The translations under genes were made by a program, and so were the position numbers. From assembly GCA_036676985.1 (NCBI GenBank), contig JAKFBU010000076.1, positions 64,001-128,000 on the forward strand: 64,000 nucleotides of DNA, in the 5' to 3' direction. Each line of letters starts with the position of its first letter. The first letter of the stretch is position 1. The notes under the pieces are model-generated. The model did no database searches. It was not told the DNA's origin and saw only the letters and a program-made list of their open reading frames with translations. Positions 17,879 to 26,926 of the stretch are shown here, piece after piece. Source of the stretch: Candidatus Sericytochromatia bacterium (lineage in GTDB: Bacteria > Cyanobacteriota > Sericytochromatia > S15B-MN24 > UBA4093).

Positions 17879-19339
17879 CTACGAGGCGAGGCCAGGCGCG
17901 GTGGCCGGACGGGCCTGCGGCTGCGTGCGGATGGTCATGTAGGTGTTGTAGGCCATCACGAGCATGCCGGCGAGGAAGAGGCCGCCGCCGATCATGCGGA
18001 TGACGTAGAAGGGGTGCATCGCCGCGACGGACTCGGCGAAGGTGTAGGTCAGGCTGCCGTCAGCGTTGGTGGCGCGCCACATGAGGCCCTGGCTGATGCC
18101 GGCCATCCACATGGCGGCGACGTAGAGCACCACGCCGATGGTCGACATCCAGAAGTGGGTGTTGATCAGCTTGACGCTGTACATCTCGGTGCCCTTGTTC
18201 CAGAGGCGCGGAATCATGAAGTAGAGCGAGCCGATCGAGATCATGGCGACCCAGCCGAGCGCCCCGGAGTGCACGTGGCCGACGGTCCAGTCGGTGTAGT
18301 GGCTGAGCGCGTTGAGCGATCGCACGGCCAGGGCCGAGCCCTCGAAGGTCGACATGCCGTAGAAGGTGACGGCCGTGAACATGAACTTGATGATGGGGTC
18401 CGTGCGCAGCTTGTCCCAGGCGCCCTTGAGCGTGAGCATGCCGTTGAGCATGCCGCCCCACGACGGGGCGATCAGGACCACCGAGAAGGTCATGCCGAGG
18501 GTCTGGGCCCACTCGGGCAAAGACGTGTAGAGCAAGTGGTGCGGGCCGGCCCAAATGTAGATGAAGACGAGCGCCCAGAAGTGGATGATCGACAGGCGGT
18601 AGCTGAAGATCGGCCGCTGGGCCTGCTTGGGCAGGAAGTAGTACATGAGGGCGAGGAAGCCCGTGGTCAGGAAGAAGCCGACCGCGTTGTGGCCGTACCA
18701 CCACTGGATGAGGGCATCCTGGACGCCCGAGTAGAGCGAGTAGGACTTGGTCCAGCTGACGGGCATGCTCGACATGCCGTTGAAGAGGTAGAGGACCAAG
18801 GTGGCGATGTAGAGCCCCATGGCGAACCAGTTGGCGACGAAGATGTGCTTTTCCTTACGCTTGGCGAGCGTACCGAAGAAGTTGATCATCGAGGCGATCC
18901 AGACCACGCCGATGATGATCGAGATGGGCCACTCCATCTCGGCGTACTCCTTGCCGCGGGTGAAGCCCAGGGGCAGGAAGATGGCGTCGAGCACGATCGC
19001 GAGCTGCCAGCCCCAGAAGTTGATCTTGGAGAGGGCGTCGCTGAACATGCGGGTCCGGCAGGTGCGCTGGACCATGTAGTAGATGGAGGCGAAGAGCACG
19101 TTGCCGCCGAAGGCGAAGATGACGGCGTTGGTGTGCAGGGGGCGGAGGCGACCGAAGGTCAGCCAGGGTTGATCGAAGTTGAGCGCCGGGAAGGCGAGCT
19201 CGGCGGCGATGTAGACCCCGACCAGCATGCCGACGATGCCCCAGAAGATCGAGGCGATCGTGAACAGGCGGACGCTTTCGTCGTCGTAGACGGGAGGCGT
19301 TTCCGCCACGCCCTGGGGGGTGCTAAGAGTGTGTTGCAT
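17879..19339 (-). CDS. ccoN: cbb3 oxidase subunit I
   Basis: [37 protein letters not shown]. Confidence 0.97.
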   Translation of the reverse strand: MQHTLSTPQGVAETPPVYDDESVRLFTIASIFWGIVGMLVGVYIAAELAFPALNFDQPWLTFGRLRPLHTNAVIFAFGGNVLFASIYYMVQRTCRTRMFSDALSKINFWGWQLAIVLDAIFLPLGFTRGKEYAEMEWPISIIIGVVWIASMINFFGTLAKRKEKHIFVANWFAMGLYIATLVLYLFNGMSSMPVSWTKSYSLYSGVQDALIQWWYGHNAVGFFLTTGFLALMYYFLPKQAQRPIFSYRLSIIHFWALVFIYIWAGPHHLLYTSLPEWAQTLGMTFSVVLIAPSWGGMLNGMLTLKGAWDKLRTDPIIKFMFTAVTFYGMSTFEGSALAVRSLNALSHYTDWTVGHVHSGALGWVAMISIGSLYFMIPRLWNKGTEMYSVKLINTHFWMSTIGVVLYVAAMWMAGISQGLMWRATNADGSLTYTFAESVAAMHPFYVIRMIGGGLFLAGMLVMAYNTYMTIRTQPQARPATAPGLAS

Positions 19340-19409
19340 AGCGCTTGTCTCTCCTCAAATGCGCGCGAGGGGCCTGCAGCCGAGACGGGCCAGGATACCG
19401 ATGAATCAT

Positions 19410-19427
19410 TATGAGAAAGCTCTCATA
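19410..19427. promoter_or_regulatory. Palindrome TATGAGA-AAGC-TCTCATA (motif C) just downstream of the ccoN -10
   Basis: 7-4-7 inverted repeat; TACAAT on the minus strand at 19444-19439. Confidence 0.75.
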
Positions 19428-19466
19428 ATCCCGTCGCCATTGTAGGAAGCGCGCTTCCTGGGCAGA

Positions 19467-19483
19467 TCCGTAGTAAGTACCTA
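19467..19483. promoter_or_regulatory. 7-3-7 box TCCGTAG-TAA-GTACCTA (motif B), ccoN promoter
   Basis: Centre is 31 bp from the start of TACAAT. Confidence 0.7.
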
Positions 19484-19571
19484 AAGGTGGCAAAGATCAG
19501 TAGTTCACACGGACCCACGTTGAGCGGATCAGACGTAGGATGACCCGCACAAAGTGGCTCAAGGAGACCCC

Positions 19572-20012
19572 ATGTCCTCTAACGACTCCCGGCCCTCGCC
19601 TGCCAAGCGCGGTTGGGGCCTCTGGCTGTTGCTCGTGCTGCTCGTCGCGGGCGTTCTGGGCTCGCGCGCCTGGATCGGCGCCCAGCGATCGGTGCCCGTC
19701 ACGGGAGCGAGCGCCTGGCGCATGACGGTCCTGCCGCCCTCGGGCCGCGTGATCCACGAGCCGACCCGCTTCGAGGTCGAGATCGTCGGCTCCGACGGGC
19801 GCCCCGTGGAGGGGGCTGCTGTCGAGTTCGACCTGACGATGCCCGCCATGGAGATGCCGCTCAACCGCTTCGCCGCGCCGGCCGTGCCCGGCGCTCCTGG
19901 CCGCTACCGCGGCGAGGGCACCTTCACCATGAAGGGCGAGTGGCGGATCGAGGCCATCGCGCGCCTGGGCGACGCCGGCGCCCGGGCCGACCGGATCGAG
20001 CAGGTGCGGTGA
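19572..20012 (+). CDS. FixH/YtkA-like membrane-anchored protein
   Basis: AAGGAG RBS; TM; LTMPAMEM, GRYRG, MKGEW. Confidence 0.75.
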   Translation: MSSNDSRPSPAKRGWGLWLLLVLLVAGVLGSRAWIGAQRSVPVTGASAWRMTVLPPSGRVIHEPTRFEVEIVGSDGRPVEGAAVEFDLTMPAMEMPLNRFAAPAVPGAPGRYRGEGTFTMKGEWRIEAIARLGDAGARADRIEQVR

Positions 20013-20089
20013 TGCACCCAACAACACCAGGCATGTGTCGCCTGTGGCCGCCTACCGGCGGCTTGGAGGAACAGTGTTGTTAGGCGCAT
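20012..20089. repeat. ~75-bp dispersed palindromic element, copy 2
   Basis: ATGCACCCAACAACAC...GTGTTGTTAGGCGCAT inverted ends; core shared with copies 1 and 3. Confidence 0.8.
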
Positions 20090-20745
20090 TGCCCTACTGG
20101 GCGGCCATTTCCCTCGGCTTCTTCTTCAGCTTCGCGCACTGCCTGGGCATGTGCGGCGGGATCGTCGCGGCCTACGCGTCGACGCTGCCCTCGGGCGGTC
20201 GGGGCGACGTCTGGCCCCATGTCCTCTACAGCCTCGGCCGGACCGTGACCTACGCGCTCATCGGGGCCTTGGTGGGCGGGCTCGGCTCGGCCGTCGAGGT
20301 CGGAGCGCGGCTCGCGGGGGCGCAGGGCGCCATGAGCGTGCTGGCGGGCGGCGTGATGATCCTCCTGGGGGTCGGCATGCTGGGGTGGAAGCTGCCGGGG
20401 ATTGGCCGGTTGCCGACGTTCGCGTCGAGTCCGCGCTTCCAGGGGGCGTTTCAGCGGGTGCTGCGGACGGATGCCCGGTGGCGGACCTTCGGGATCGGGG
20501 TGCTGAACGGCTTTCTGCCGTGCGGGATGGTGTACAGCGGGGCGGCCCTGGCGCTCTCGAGCGCGCATCCATTGACCGGGGCGCTGACGATGGCGAGCTT
20601 CGGGCTCGGGACGCTGCCGGCCATGCTCATGCTCGGGCTTTTGGCCTACCGGCTGGGCACGCAGCTGCGCGAGCGGCTGCAGCAGGTGGGGGCGCTGGTG
20701 CTGATCGGGGTGGGGGTCATGACCATCTGGCGCGGGGTGGCTTGA
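20074..20745 (+). CDS. TauE/DsbD_2-family membrane protein (cbb3 assembly associated); start uncertain
   Basis: HCLGMCGG, GRTVTY, GFLPCGMVY, FGLGTLP. Confidence 0.85.
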   Translation: MLLGALPYWAAISLGFFFSFAHCLGMCGGIVAAYASTLPSGGRGDVWPHVLYSLGRTVTYALIGALVGGLGSAVEVGARLAGAQGAMSVLAGGVMILLGVGMLGWKLPGIGRLPTFASSPRFQGAFQRVLRTDARWRTFGIGVLNGFLPCGMVYSGAALALSSAHPLTGALTMASFGLGTLPAMLMLGLLAYRLGTQLRERLQQVGALVLIGVGVMTIWRGVA

Positions 20746-20746
20746 C

Positions 20747-21394
20747 TCAGGCCGGAGCGATGCGGCCGTTCGTGCAGCAGGTCTCGATGAGCGGACAGGG
20801 CGGCGGCACGGCCTGGTGGCTCGCCCGCTCCCGGGCGATCGCCCGCCCCACCGCCTCGCCGACGACCGGCGCGAGGCTCGCCGCGATCGCCACGTGCGTC
20901 GCCTCGTACGCGTCCGGCGCTTCGCTGGTGACAAACAGGAAGCCCACCGGAGCCCCCGCGGCGTAGAGCGGCAACGTCAGGCTGCTGCGCATGCCCTCCG
21001 CGATGAGCCGCTGAGTCGGCAAGGACGACGGACGCAGCGACAGGTAGAGCCGGAGGTCGTGGAGAATCCGGACCGCCCCCTCCGCCAGGAGGGGCTCCAG
21101 GCTGGACCCCAGGAGCGGCCGCGTCTCGCCCACCCCCCACTTGAGCGCCGGTCGGCGGGAGCACACGCCGTGCGCGACCACGCTCGCGCCGTCCTCGCTC
21201 AACAGCGCGAGCCCCAGGCGATCGAAGGGCAGCTCGTCCGGCATGTGCCCCGCGAGCTCCTCGAAGACCTCCGCGACCGTCGTCGCCGACCGCAAGGCCG
21301 CGGCCACCCGGTCGAGGCGCGTCCGGGACAGGGCGTTCGGGCTCTCGGCGAGCCGTTCGTCGTCCAGCGGGTGGATGAACTCGATCGCTTCCAT
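20747..21394 (-). CDS. Stand-alone GAF-domain protein with Cys-rich tail
   Basis: FDRLGLAL, EGMRSSLTLPL, GFLFV; C-terminal CPLIETCC. Confidence 0.8.
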   Translation of the reverse strand: MEAIEFIHPLDDERLAESPNALSRTRLDRVAAALRSATTVAEVFEELAGHMPDELPFDRLGLALLSEDGASVVAHGVCSRRPALKWGVGETRPLLGSSLEPLLAEGAVRILHDLRLYLSLRPSSLPTQRLIAEGMRSSLTLPLYAAGAPVGFLFVTSEAPDAYEATHVAIAASLAPVVGEAVGRAIARERASHQAVPPPCPLIETCCTNGRIAPA

Positions 21395-21461
21395 GGCCCC
21401 CTCCTCGCGATGCTTTCGCTCGTTTGTAACGTCATGTTAAGCCCGGGCGCCGGGGAGGGGA

Positions 21462-21501
21462 TCCGGAAGAACTACGGACTCCGTTACGCAAAAACTACGG
21501 A
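21462..21501. promoter_or_regulatory. Two motif-B boxes serving divergent promoters
   Basis: TCCGGAA-GAA-CTACGGA (31 bp to TAACAT, minus strand) and TACGCAA-AAA-CTACGGA (31 bp to TAGACT, plus strand). Confidence 0.75.
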
Positions 21502-21548
21502 TTCGTTCCCAGGTTCGGACCGCTAGACTGGCGGCCGAGGCTGCGTGT

Positions 21549-22964
21549 ATGTATTCTTCACAATCTCCGGCGGTGGCAGCATCGCCGTCCAATTGGTATG
21601 ACGGTATAATGGCTCGTATGAACGAGTTCCAGACCGAGCTGCCTGCCAGCTTGGAGCGCCGTCACCAACTGCTGACCGAGGCCCTGAACGCGATTGCCGT
21701 CGCGATCACGGCCGAATCGGACCTGGACAAGATCTTCCAGGTCATCGTGGACGCCGCCCGCCTGCTGGTCAACGCCAAGGCCGCCATCATCTACCAGGTC
21801 AACGACGACCTCACGGGGCTCGTCTCGGCCGCCTTCTCGTACGAGCACGTGGGCGATCGCCGTGACCCCGGCCACGGCAGCTTCATGATCCCGCTCGGCC
21901 GCGGCCTCATCTCGGACATCTTCTACGGCGGCAAGCCCGTGCGCCTCACGGACGTCTCGTCCTACCAGGGCCGCCGCGGGTTCCCGAGCGACCACATCCG
22001 CATCGACAAGCTGCTCGGCGTGCCCCTCCTGGACAAGACCGGCAAGAGCATCGGCCTGCTCATGGCCTCGGACAAGCTCGACGGCACCGACTTCGCGCTC
22101 GAGGACGAGGAGATCTTCCTCTCGTTGGCGCGCCAGGGCGGCATCGCCGTCGAGAACGCGCGTCTCTATCGCCAGCTCAAGGAGACCAACGAGAACCTCG
22201 AGGCCCTCGTCGCCGCCCGCACCGCGGAGCTTGCCCAGAAGAACGAGGAGCTCGAGACCGCGAGCCGCCTCAAGAGCGAGTTCCTCGCCAAGATGAGCCA
22301 CGAGCTCCGCACGCCGCTCAACTCGATCATCGGCTTCTCCGACATGCTCCTCAAGCAGCTCTACGGCCCGCTCAACCAGCAGCAGTCGGACGGCCTGGAG
22401 CGCGTGCTGCGCAACGGCAAGCACCTCTTGGCGCTCATCAACGACGTGCTCGACATCTCCAAGATCGAGGCCTCCCGCATGCCCGTGCGCATCGAGTGCT
22501 TCAACCCGCGCGAGGCCCTCATGCAGGCCCTGAGCGCCGTGGAGCCGCTCGCCCGCAAGCGCGGCCACACGCTCTCGCACGACCTCTCCGCGGCCCCCCT
22601 CGAGGTCGCGTCGGACGCCACCAAGGTGCGCCAGATCGTCCTCAATCTGTTGACCAACGCCATCAACTTCACGGACACCGGCGAGATCCGGCTCACGGCC
22701 GAGTCCGCCGGGGACTGCTGGAAGGTCGTCGTCTCCGACACGGGCATCGGCATCCCCGACGAGGAGCTCACCCGCATCTTCGACGAGTTCTACCAGGTCG
22801 ACAGCTCCAGCACCCGCAAGGTCGGGGGGACGGGCCTGGGCCTGCCCATCTGCGCCAAGATGGCCCGCCTGCTGGGCGGCGAGCTCGCGGTCGAGAGCGC
22901 CCTGGACCAGGGCAGCACGTTCACCGTGACCCTCCCCCTCACCTCGGATCCCGTGGAGGCCTGA
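21549..22964 (+). CDS. Cytoplasmic GAF sensor histidine kinase (start may be 21610 or 21619)
   Basis: GAF, MSHELRTPL, NLLTNA, DTGIGI, GTGLGL. Confidence 0.9.
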   Translation: MYSSQSPAVAASPSNWYDGIMARMNEFQTELPASLERRHQLLTEALNAIAVAITAESDLDKIFQVIVDAARLLVNAKAAIIYQVNDDLTGLVSAAFSYEHVGDRRDPGHGSFMIPLGRGLISDIFYGGKPVRLTDVSSYQGRRGFPSDHIRIDKLLGVPLLDKTGKSIGLLMASDKLDGTDFALEDEEIFLSLARQGGIAVENARLYRQLKETNENLEALVAARTAELAQKNEELETASRLKSEFLAKMSHELRTPLNSIIGFSDMLLKQLYGPLNQQQSDGLERVLRNGKHLLALINDVLDISKIEASRMPVRIECFNPREALMQALSAVEPLARKRGHTLSHDLSAAPLEVASDATKVRQIVLNLLTNAINFTDTGEIRLTAESAGDCWKVVVSDTGIGIPDEELTRIFDEFYQVDSSSTRKVGGTGLGLPICAKMARLLGGELAVESALDQGSTFTVTLPLTSDPVEA

Positions 22965-23332
22965 TGCGTCGCGTGCTGTTGGTCGAGGACGTCGAGGACA
23001 ACCGCAAGCTGGCGGGCGACCTGCTGCGCTTCGGGGGATGGGACGTGACGGAGGCCGTCAACGGCGAGGAGGCCGTCCTCAAGGCGCGCGCCGAGGCCTT
23101 CGACCTCATCCTCATGGACCTCTCGCTGCCCGGCGCCATCGACGGCTGGGGGGCCACCGAGGTCATCAAGTCGGAGCGCCCGGCCCTCATCGTCGCCCTC
23201 ACGGCCCATGCGATGGCCGGTGATGCGGAGCGGGCCATGGCCGCCGGCTTCGACGGGTACATCACCAAGCCCATCGAGATCGACACGTTCCTGCCCTTGG
23301 TCGAGGAGGTGGTCTCCCGTGTCCGCGCCTGA
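22964..23332 (+). CDS. Single-domain response regulator
   Basis: LLVED, LMDLSLP, ALTA, YITKP; TGATG coupling. Confidence 0.9.
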   Translation: MRRVLLVEDVEDNRKLAGDLLRFGGWDVTEAVNGEEAVLKARAEAFDLILMDLSLPGAIDGWGATEVIKSERPALIVALTAHAMAGDAERAMAAGFDGYITKPIEIDTFLPLVEEVVSRVRA

Positions 23333-24416
23333 TATCCGCGTCCTGGTCGTCGACGACCACGAGGACAACCTCGCCCTGCTCAAGCTGATCCTGGAGGCTC
23401 GCTCGCTCGGCTACATCGGCGCCTCGGACGGCTACCAGGGCCTCGAGCTGGCCAAGACGGAGCGGCCCGACCTCATCCTCCTGGACCTCGAGATGCCCGG
23501 CATGGACGGCTTCACGATGCTCGAGGCCCTCAAGGCCAACGGCCTCACCCGCCACATCCCCGTCATCATCCTCACGGCGACCTACCTGGAGCCCAAGAGC
23601 GTCGAGCGCGGCCTCTCCCTGGGCGCGGACGAATACCTCACCAAGCCCATCAACCCCGAGGAGCTGCTGGTCCGGATCCGCTCGGTGATCCGGGTGCGCA
23701 AGGCGGAGAAGGAGCTCAACCAGCTGCGCAAGGACTTCACGTCCATGCTCGTCCATGACCTGCGATCGCCCCTCGAAGGCGTCGGCATCGCCCTCAACCT
23801 CGTCCTGACCCAGGAGCTGCCCGAGAAGGACGCCAAGCAGCTGGTGGGCATGGCGCGCGACCAGATCCTCGACCTGTCTCACCTGGTGGGCGACCTTCTG
23901 GAGCTGCACCGCGCCGAGGCCGGCATGACGGTGGTGACCGAGGCCATGAACCCGCACTACCTGATCGCGGACGTGACGAACGAGTGCGAGCTGGTGGCCA
24001 AGGATCGGGACCTGACGCTAAGGTGCGAGGCGCCCGACGCCATGCCGCACATCCTGGGCGATCGCCGCATCCTCAAGCGCGTGCTCGTCAACCTGGTCTC
24101 CAACGCCCTCAAGTTCACGGTCCAGGGCGAGGTCGTCATCCGGGTCTCCCCGCAGGACGCCTTTCTGCGCCTCGAGGTGCAGGACACGGGCCCGGGCATC
24201 CCGCCCGAGGAGCTGGATCGGCTCTTCGACAAGTACTTCCACATCAAGCGCCGCAAGGAGAAGCCCGAGCACGGCTTCGGCCTGGGGCTGGCCTTCTGCA
24301 AGGCCGCCATCGAGGAGCACGGCGGCCGGATCGGCGTGGCAAGCGAGCTCGGCCAGGGTTCGACCTTCTGGATCGAGGTCCCGCTCGCCCAGTCGGAAGT
24401 CTCGGTCGCGAGCTAG
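23319..24416 (+). CDS. Hybrid receiver-histidine kinase
   Basis: VVDD, LLDLEMP, KP; HDLRSPL, NALKF, DTGPGI, GLGL; GAGGAGG RBS. Confidence 0.88.
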   Translation: MSAPDIRVLVVDDHEDNLALLKLILEARSLGYIGASDGYQGLELAKTERPDLILLDLEMPGMDGFTMLEALKANGLTRHIPVIILTATYLEPKSVERGLSLGADEYLTKPINPEELLVRIRSVIRVRKAEKELNQLRKDFTSMLVHDLRSPLEGVGIALNLVLTQELPEKDAKQLVGMARDQILDLSHLVGDLLELHRAEAGMTVVTEAMNPHYLIADVTNECELVAKDRDLTLRCEAPDAMPHILGDRRILKRVLVNLVSNALKFTVQGEVVIRVSPQDAFLRLEVQDTGPGIPPEELDRLFDKYFHIKRRKEKPEHGFGLGLAFCKAAIEEHGGRIGVASELGQGSTFWIEVPLAQSEVSVAS

Positions 24417-24994
24417 CCTATCCCATTGAACAATCGCTCTTTCAGAGCGACGGCTTCACCGCGCGTACGTATATTGGCTTTCTTGTAGATATGCTTGATA
24501 TGCGAACGCACGGTTTCATCACCGACAACCAAAGTTGCGGCAATTTCTCGCGTCGATAGGTGTATCAAGGACAGCACGCGCAGTTCGGTGAGGCTAAGGC
24601 CGCTTTTCAGTTCATCATTGGCCCGTCTGCAGACTCTATGAGCGATCTCTTCCAGACAAGTCTCAACAAGTGCCATGTCGGATAGGGGGAGATGGCAATT
24701 TGGCATGCATGCAACGACCATTACCCCAAATTCCCTGCCGTCCAATGTAATTGGGAAGGTGCAAGAGGTGGAGCGATTACGCTCTTCTAGTCTGCACTCG
24801 CCAACGAGCAATCGAGGGCTATATAATTCTATATAAATATTGGTTGCGTTAAGCAGTTGATCAAGGAGATCGTGAACAAAGTTCAGCAAGTCTGGAATGG
24901 ACGGCTGATTGGAGAGGCGCCTTGCAAGGGCGGCCGCGAATCGAAAGGAGCCAACACTACATAACGAGGCGGAAGTGGACGTGGTGTTCACCAT
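24413..24994 (-). CDS. LuxR-type HTH regulator in AT-richer islet (start uncertain)
   Basis: C-terminal LSLTELRVL...REIAATL...ETVRSHIKHIYKK. Confidence 0.75.
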   Translation of the reverse strand: MVNTTSTSASLCSVGSFRFAAALARRLSNQPSIPDLLNFVHDLLDQLLNATNIYIELYSPRLLVGECRLEERNRSTSCTFPITLDGREFGVMVVACMPNCHLPLSDMALVETCLEEIAHRVCRRANDELKSGLSLTELRVLSLIHLSTREIAATLVVGDETVRSHIKHIYKKANIRTRGEAVALKERLFNGIG

Positions 24995-25133
24995 TTATTA
25001 TTCACCCGAAATTCACCCTTGCTTTATGGATGGCTCAACAATACTATCACAATCGTGCGCACTATTATGTCAGTAAATCGTGCTTATTATTCACATCCGT
25101 CGACATTTGCATGTCGAACAAGCAGGAGGATAC

Positions 25134-25805
25134 ATGCGCGTTCAAACTTTGGGGCTTACGTCGTTGGCCCTAGTAACTGTTGTGCTCAATGCCGGACAAG
25201 CATATGCCGATATCTGGAATGGTCTCAAAACCCACAGTATTCGTGGAACTTCCGTTAGGGTTACGACGACCGTTCCTGACGGCAATGCCCAGGGCGTCAT
25301 TGATTGGTGGGGTGGGCGTAACTACTACTATGTTCAGATCGGTGGAGGATCGATAGGCTTCCAGTACGGCCTAACTGAGGGTAAGAACGTAGGAAACTAC
25401 TTCCGGGAGTTTTTCTACAGCAAGATTGATGCGAATACAGGTCAGGGTGAATATAAGGCAATAACGGGAACGCCTGGACCTCAAACGGAGATCGGTCTGC
25501 AGATTCATTATGCAGGAAATGGGAACTGGTATGGTCTAACCCCTGGCTATTGCCAGTCCCCGACTATTGCCGTCGGTGTGTCGGAGTTCGATCGGGCCGG
25601 AACCTACGTGAAGGCAGCCCGCTCAAGGATCGCGGTGGATGACACCACTTACAAGCGATTCTGGAACTTTAATTACGACGATATCGTTGCTGGTGCCAAC
25701 CGTTCAGCTCAGTATTCCCAGCGGGATTCAAACTACCTCAGCAAGAGTGCGATTGATGGAGGCCTTTACAGCTATGCTCGTTTCGGCCTGTATGCGTGGG
25801 AATAA
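25134..25805 (+). CDS. Secreted Gly/Tyr-rich beta protein of unknown function
   Basis: AGGAGG RBS; signal peptide ending AYA. Confidence 0.7.
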   Translation: MRVQTLGLTSLALVTVVLNAGQAYADIWNGLKTHSIRGTSVRVTTTVPDGNAQGVIDWWGGRNYYYVQIGGGSIGFQYGLTEGKNVGNYFREFFYSKIDANTGQGEYKAITGTPGPQTEIGLQIHYAGNGNWYGLTPGYCQSPTIAVGVSEFDRAGTYVKAARSRIAVDDTTYKRFWNFNYDDIVAGANRSAQYSQRDSNYLSKSAIDGGLYSYARFGLYAWE

Positions 25806-25818
25806 GGAGGGAATTCGG

Positions 25819-26211
25819 ATGAAAAAGCTTTTTCTGTTGGGTTTGATCCCTCTCTCTCTCGTCGGCTGTGTCGCGCCCAAAGTCGATTCTGTGTCTTCGG
25901 TACAAGCGTCTCAGAGTCAGGCGGCTACGCCACTCGATCAGGCTCGAGGCCTTTTCGGTAACTCCAACATATCGAGTGCGACCGTAGTCGAAGATGTTTC
26001 AACTCTCCACGGTTCGCGGGCAATTCAATCCGCTGGCGAAATCGATGGTGACAAGGTCGTTGCCGTCCGCCTTGAGGGGGATTTGGAATGGCCGCTTCCA
26101 TATGACAAGAATGACCTCCGAGGCGAGGTCCGCGGTAAATATGCGCTCATTTTAATCGATCGAGAGACTAAGCGATTTACGTATGTCAAAATGAGCAGAG
26201 AAGCCCTCTAG
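25819..26211 (+). CDS. Lipoprotein of unknown function
   Basis: AAGGAGG RBS; MKKLFLLGLIPLSLVGC lipobox. Confidence 0.75.
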   Translation: MKKLFLLGLIPLSLVGCVAPKVDSVSSVQASQSQAATPLDQARGLFGNSNISSATVVEDVSTLHGSRAIQSAGEIDGDKVVAVRLEGDLEWPLPYDKNDLRGEVRGKYALILIDRETKRFTYVKMSREAL

Positions 26212-26370
26212 CAGGAAGCTCGAGCGGAATTATGAAGCCCGCTTGTCCCTCGGATTTCGGCATGAGGGCTGATATTCGATCAAACGGGCTTCAAGCCTTG
26301 TTGCGGTATTTACAATGGTGGGCCGGTCAGGGCTCTGGTGTCGGCCCCACAATCACCGGAAAGGACATGT

Positions 26371-26787
26371 ATGAAGCGCCTTGCGACTCTGGTGAGCCTG
26401 TTAATCAGCGCCTGCTCATTGCCTGGCTCCGCGTCATTTGACACCTATATGTTCAATTACGACCTTAGTCCCTCGAAGCCTAGCTTCACTGATGCGGTTA
26501 CCGTCAAGCTTCAGAAGCTCCCAAAGTCTCGTTTCGAGACTAAGCTTTTGATCATAAAACTCGATGCCGCGCGGTCCCCACATTCTGCCCAAACGCATGA
26601 AATCGATTTTGACACGTTTGTAACCAACGCGGAGAACTCGACGCACGACGTCCGGATCGACCTTTCCTCCACCTATTCGGATTCTAACAACCAGTCGGTC
26701 AAGGCTGGCGCCAATGACTCGGTTGCGTTGCGCGTTCTAATGGTTGATGGACGTCCGAGAGGACAGGAAATCGGCATCTATCAATAG
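26371..26787 (+). CDS. Lipoprotein of unknown function
   Basis: AAGGA RBS; MKRLATLVSLLISAC lipobox. Confidence 0.65.
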   Translation: MKRLATLVSLLISACSLPGSASFDTYMFNYDLSPSKPSFTDAVTVKLQKLPKSRFETKLLIIKLDAARSPHSAQTHEIDFDTFVTNAENSTHDVRIDLSSTYSDSNNQSVKAGANDSVALRVLMVDGRPRGQEIGIYQ

Positions 26788-26926
26788 CTGGCGCAAGAAG
26801 CTCGACGCAGAGGCCGCCCTCTGGGCGAGCGGGCGCTACCTCATTGGTCTTTTCTAATTCCTGCCTCGCTGGTTAGAATGGCGGGGGCTCGGTGCGAGCC
26901 CGCCGATCGACCCACCCCGAGGCCGT

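Larger units (their letters stand above)
24417..26870. other. AT-richer islet, probably horizontally acquired
   Basis: Abrupt loss of GC3 bias relative to the flanks; no integrase or terminal repeats found. Confidence 0.75.

Noticed and set aside
24413-26870. Prophage or IS
   Set aside because: No integrase, transposase, phage genes or terminal repeats
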